Shown piece by piece: positions 40,445 to 64,000 of a DNA stretch of 64,000 nt. The translations under genes and the position numbers were made by a program. Source of the stretch: the human T2T-CHM13v2.0 reference genome, Homo sapiens. Location: the NCBI RefSeq assembly GCF_009914755.1, contig NC_060947.1; one strand, 5' to 3'. Position 1 is the first letter of the stretch; every line of letters begins with the position of its first letter. The notes below the pieces were generated by a model that saw only the letters and a program-made list of their open reading frames with translations, was not told the DNA's origin and did not search any database.

Positions 40445-41422
40445 GCGAACTTCCCTCATTTCTCTCTGCAATCTGCAAATAACTCCTCCATTGAAATAAC
40501 TCCTCCCCACCCCAACAACAACATTCCCAGCAGACCAACTCCCACCCCCTCTTTGAGGTAAAAGTGCCTTTATTGGGAGACTTTTGTCTTCCAGCCTGCC
40601 AATCAACCCTCCTGGGTGTGGCCACCATATGTGTGTGCCTAGGTCCTCCTTCTGCACGATCCAATAGGAGACACCAGTTCTGACTGAACCATGCCCCCAC
40701 CTAAGTCACAAAATGAGGGAAGTGGGGAGTTAGATTTCAGAGTCCAGGCCCTAGGTTGGGACCCACTCCAAATAATCTCCTCGGTGTGGGTGGTGGTTCT
40801 ATAGAGGGATAAATGAATAATAAACATTGTTAAAATATACGATAATGAATAAAGTAATCCTTTCATCAAATGTGGGTAAATTTCAAGCATCAGGAGGGGG
40901 AAATGGAGTGGAAACAGCTGGGGCAAGGAGGCAAAGAAGCCAGGCCTGTTTTACAACAAATATTAAATTACTTCAATAATACAAACGAGAGGCCCGGTGC
41001 GGTGGCTCATGCCTGTAATCCCAGTCCTTTGGGAGGCTGCGGGAGGATTGCTTGAGCCCAGGAGTTCTAGACCAGCCTGGGCAACATGGCAAAACCCCAT
41101 CTCTACCAAAAAATTAAAAAATTAGCTGGGAACGCTGACACGAGCCTGGAGTCCCAGCTACTTGGGAGGCTGAGGTGGGAGGATAGCTTGAGCCCAAAAC
41201 TTTTGAGGCTGCAGTGAGCCCTGATCACACCACTGCACTCCAGCCTGGGCAATAGGGTAGACCAAGTCTCTAAAACAGAAACAAAAATAGAAACAAACTG
41301 ATAAAGGAGGGAGGAAGAGGATTTATGACTTAGGTTGTAGGGGCGGGGCGTGGGGGTGAGGGGCATGGGCCTCATCATCTACTCTGACTGGAGAATGGAG
41401 CCCCCTCCAGGACGGCCTGCCT

Positions 41423-52151
<10,729 letters not shown>

Positions 52152-53669
52152 GGCGCGCCCGGGCAGGGTCAAGCCGGGCCGGGTCAGGCGAATGTAATCC
52201 TTGCGACCGTCAGGCCACCGCGCGTCCGGCCTGGGAACTCGGTTCCGTAAACCTGACACCCTCGTGGGAGGAGCGCGCCCCGCAGGGCCCGCCCCCGGGC
52301 ATGTGGTCTCTCCGCTGCCAGGGCGCCCCCTGCCTAGAGGTGAACTGCACGTAGCCCGGAGTGCCCCGCGGGAAAGGCCTCTGCCCTCCCGCTCCGGGCC
52401 GGTGCGGGGCGTCACAAGGCACGACCCCCAGAATCCCGGCGTGCCACGTGGCCTCTCACGGGACCTGGGGCTTGAAGGTTCTGTAGTGGAGGATGGGGAG
52501 ACTCAGAGGTGGCCAACTGGACTGAGAGGGGTGGCGCGCTAGGGTGCTTGTGTTGACGTTTTGTGTCGATTTATTTCGGATGCTTATTTGGGAGAGGGGT
52601 TAAAGACACCTCTTGGCTCCTCCCCACTGGTGAGGTTCCGAGGGTCTCCCCGATGAATGCTGCAACAATGGGCCCCAACCTCACCCGCAGCCCCAGCTGG
52701 TGCTCGCTGGGAACCTGGGAACCTGGCCCTAGCCACCAGAGAGCTAGATCTTATACGCACTCCTCCCTTCTCATTCCCCTCTCAGCGAGGCCAGGTTCCA
52801 AAGCCCTCGTCCCCTCTCTCCCCTCATCCTTATAAGCCTAGCTGTCCAGCCCCGTCCCCCCACCCCAAGTCTTGAGAAGTAGATCTTAAAGCCTTCCCTC
52901 CCCCACCCACATTTTTCTCTCTCCAGTTATCCCCTTCCCCAGCTCAGTTCCAGGGCGGGGAGCCTCTCCTTCACGCTCTCAGGCTTGGCTGTGCCTCCGG
53001 GCTGGGGGGAGGGGGTCCCATGGCCTCAGTCAGAACTCGGCCCGGGTCTCTATGCACGGAGACTGCAGCGGCCAGGCCCTTCATCGCGGGCCCCGGGGAC
53101 CTCTCCCCGCCCCCCATTACACATGTCCCTGTCACTTCCCGTGGAGTGGAGAGGTAAAAGAGAATAACTAATGAACTAAGGAGTCACCCCGGCGCCCCAC
53201 CTCCCCTCCTTGCCTAACCTGTCTCCCATTTCTCCAGCCTGGGCGGAGGCAGGGAAAGGAGAGACAGTAGGGTCTGAAGATTAGGGATGGGGTCAGGCAA
53301 TGTGAGGTTTCCTCCTATTCGGACCCCTTGGGGATTTGAGGAGAGGGTTCCACAGGGGCTCGGAAGAGGCTTGGCTAAGGGACCAGAATTAGAACCAACT
53401 CCTAGAAAGACCGGGCATTTGGTGGCCAGTAGTGGGAGGGTGAGCAGGGCTACTCAGAGAGTGACAGAGTGATTGGCAGGAGAGGCTTCCCAGAGGATGC
53501 TGCTCTGCCTAACACTTTTGAAGGGGCCTGAAATGGTGCAGCAAGCTGAACTGCGGTCGGTGGGTCCGGGTGGAGCTTGTTCTCACCACCTCTCCCTCCT
53601 TTCTCCCCCGGCCAACCTCCTCCCCGGCGCCCGAAAAAGACACACTGAGAAATCAGAGCCGGGTAGACT

Positions 53670-55136
53670 AGGTGGTTAAGGAGTTTATTTGGGAGAGGAG
53701 AATCATATTTGTTCTTCCTTGGGGAGGGGGGTTCTTTGAACAATACCGAAGGGTTTGGGAAAGGGTAGGGGTCTGGAGGGGAGAAGGAGGGGCCACAGCC
53801 AGACAAAATGGCAACACACGATCACAGGCACTACTGACATCACAGACATAGCAGAGGGTGCAGGATAGGGGCTCCAGACCAGGCCTCCAACCACCCCAGG
53901 ACGGGTGGAGGTGTGGAGGGAGGGAGGGCGCAGGGGAAGGGGGAAGAGGGGTGGGCCAGTCCCACAGACCCGTTGGTTCTGTCCTCCTATTAACCTAGCT
54001 GTTTCATCACGGGAGTGGGGAAGGGTGTGTGTGGTGGGGTGCTTCTCTCTGGATCCCACGCCTCACCCTACAAGCCATATCACTCGACTCTTCTCAGGCC
54101 ACTTCCGTCCCAAGTCGTAGCCAGAGCCATTCTCCCCCACCCCTAACAAAACCCATCTGGAAGCTCCTATCCAAGTCCCCTCTCCACTGCCCAAACCCAG
54201 CCATTGTAAAACATTTTCTTCACTGCACCATGGGGAGGGGCTGCCCTTTCTGAAACCACCATGGAAGCCCCATTCTAAGCCCCACCCTGTCTGGAACCCT
54301 GGCTTGGCCCATTCCTGAATCCCACTTCTTGCCTTGCTCAAGATCTGTCCCCTTTAGAATCAAGCTCAGTCTCCCAAATGTTCCAAGCCACACCCTTTCC
54401 ATAGGCTCTGGTACCAATCCAAGACCCACCTACTCTGGAGCCCACCATTCTGCCTCGCTTAAAGCCTCGCCCCTTCTAGAACCCTGCCCTCAGCGCCCTT
54501 CCAAGCCCCACCCCAGAATGCTCTAGCGCACTCCTCTCCTTCAGACTCCAGATCCACTCTGTCTGGAACCCAACCCCCCTGCTGACCCCTCCACTCCACA
54601 CCTCCTCTCCAAGACCACCTTGGGTCCTAAACTGTCCTCTCTACCCCAAGCCCCCCCAATCTCTGCCTTTCTTTAACCCTGGAGTTGGATTTCCCTAACG
54701 GCCTTTGTTCAGGCAGGCATTGCTGGAGGAACCAAGGCCAGAGTTGGGAGGAGTGGAGGGAGAGAGAGGAGAGAGTCTGAAGTCACGCCCACCCTCCCCA
54801 CACAGCCGAGGTCTGTTCCCTCCCTGTCCTCCTTTTAGATCCCCTTAACCTCAGGGGACAGGGAGGGTAAACAGAGAGGGGCCAAGGGATGCAGGGAAAG
54901 GGACGGGGTAAGAGAGGGGGCCCACTCAAGACTGGGCACCTAGTGGATGAGGGGAGTGGAGTGAGGGCAGGGCTCAGACAGATAAATAGATATTTATATA
55001 TAATATATATATATATAAACAGCAAAGACAGGGTCTCCTGGCTTGAGGGGTGGAGACCTAGGGTATAGGGGTGGGAAGGGGGGCAGGCCTTCTCCTGAGC
55101 TCTTGCCCCCCCCAGGTCCTCCTGGGCTTCACTGAC
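53670..55136 (-). other. SYP: SYP terminal non-coding exon (3' UTR)
   Basis: Donor at 57290, 4 nt after the stop; acceptor tctctacag|gtcag at 55136; minus-strand AATAAA at 53689-53684. The 3' end is approximate. Confidence 0.8.
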
Positions 55137-55863
55137 CTGTAGAGACAAAAGACACAGAAAGGAGAGGGGGTCTGACATGGGTGGCGCCCTCAGATAGGGG
55201 TTGGGCTGTTATGCCTTTGTCCTGGCTTTATGTCTTTTCTTCTTTCCTGGAGCCAGCTTCATCCCAGCTGCCTCTGCTGAGAAGATATACCTGACCTTGC
55301 CCCCACTGGGTTAGGTACCAAAGAGATTACAGTCTCCTTCCTCCAACCAAAAAAATAGTCCCTTAACAGGTACTGTTCTAGCCATTTGTGATAAACTATA
55401 TTGAGCAAAACAAAGATCCCTGTCTTTGTGGAGCTTATACTGAAGCAGAGATAGACTTCACACAGCGAACATGATGCATGAGTGGATTATCTCGTATAAC
55501 ATAGGGTGACAATAATAAGTGAAATGGAAAAAATAAAGTGAGCTGGGCATGGTCGCTCACACTTATAGTCTCAGCTACTTGGGAGGCTGAGGTGGGAGGA
55601 TCACCTGAGCCCAGGAGTTCAAGTCTAGCATTCCTAAAGTGCTAGGATTACAGGCGTGAGCTACCACGCCCAGCCTGCGACAGGGCAGAGTTCTGACACA
55701 GGAGGACTGTGGCCTAATTTAGGATTTAACAGAATCCCTCCAGATGCTGTGAGTAGAACAGAATGGAAATGGAGACCTGAGAAGAGGTCTGGGAGAGATG
55801 ACAGTGGAAGATGAAGGATATATTTTTTGAAGGTAGGACCCACAGGATTTTTTGATGAATTAG

Positions 55864-56478
<615 letters not shown>

Positions 56479-57294
56479 TGATCCTCCCACTTCAGCCTCC
56501 TGAGTAGATGGGTCCACAGATGCATGCCACCACGCCCGGCTAATTTTTGTATTTTTTGTAGAGGTGGGATTTCATCATGTTGCCCAGGCTGGTCTCGAAC
56601 TCTTGGGCTCAAGCGGCCCGCCCGCCTCGGTCTCCCAAAGTGCTGAGATTACAGGCATGAGCCACCAAGCCCCGACCCTCACTTCTCTTTTAAGGCCCAG
56701 CAAGAAGGCCGGCAAACCTTTCCAGAACCCCACCCTATCCCTCTTCCTCCTTTGAAATTCCACACTACTTCCCTCCCCTCCAGCGTTGGGGAGAGGCGGC
56801 AGATCTATCCCCTCCTCCCGGATTGGTGAGCTCGTCTGACCTTCAAGATCCACGCCCATTTACCCTCACCATCTATTGGCCTTATCACCTATTGGCTTAT
56901 CAGTCACTTCTAAGACCCACCTCCTCGTCGCTTCCGTGGCTCTTGCGCTCCGCTGATTCGCCACTGCGCAAGTCCCCCGATATTCCCTCCCTTTATTGGT
57001 TGCTCTGCTTCTCTCCCCCTGCCTTTCCGCCGAGTTGCCCTTCTACCTCCCTCCCATTGGCTCTTCATTCTGTCCATCTTGAAGCACCATTCTTCTTTTC
57101 TCCATTCATTAGCTAGTTTTTCAGCTCTTAGCAGGTAGTTCTGCCTCTTGATTGGCTCCTTCAAACTTCAGTCCTTACTTGCCCCAGTAAACGCCTTACG
57201 TACTCTCTACCCCTGACTCTTATTGGTTCACTGACCCGCTCGTCTCCTTCCTTGTACCCTCCTTGGCCGCACCGCTCGCCGGTCACTCACCAGA

Positions 57295-63837
<6,543 letters not shown>

Positions 63838-64000
63838 TCATCGGGACCAAGGACAAGCTGATTACAAGGGTATGGCTGTCTCTTCCTGTTTCTCTCTCTG
63901 TGTCTCTCTCTGTCTCTGCCTTTCCATGCTGACCTCCCTCTTCTCTGTTTGTCTCTGTTGTTCTCTGTGTATCTCACTGTGTCTCTGTTTCTCTCGGTAT

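Overview
Human (primate) X-chromosome DNA, recognisable as Xp11.23. From left to right: (1) an Alu/L1/LTR-rich intergenic block holding a full-length but defective HERV-E provirus (5300-14745, minus strand, tRNA-Glu primer site, 4-bp target-site duplication) and a 7SL pseudogene; (2) an inverted, partial copy of the MAGIX 5' end (~21180-23253); (3) complete coding regions of MAGIX (+, 334 aa), PLP2 (+, 152 aa) and PRICKLE3 (-, 615 aa); (4) the 3' part of SYP (-, exons 3-7). The most notable structure is an old ~2-kb inverted repeat flanking a ~5.2-kb spacer. Its arms are diverged except for a 393-bp identical core in MAGIX intron 1. Recombination in that core would flip a ~5.7-kb cassette and swap between two in-phase promoter/exon-1 versions of MAGIX. 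Other oddities are an inverted protease+integrase patch inside HERV-E pol and a dense co-oriented CCAAT cluster in the last SYP intron. All coordinates and alignments were read by eye; repeat subfamily names are from memory and approximate.
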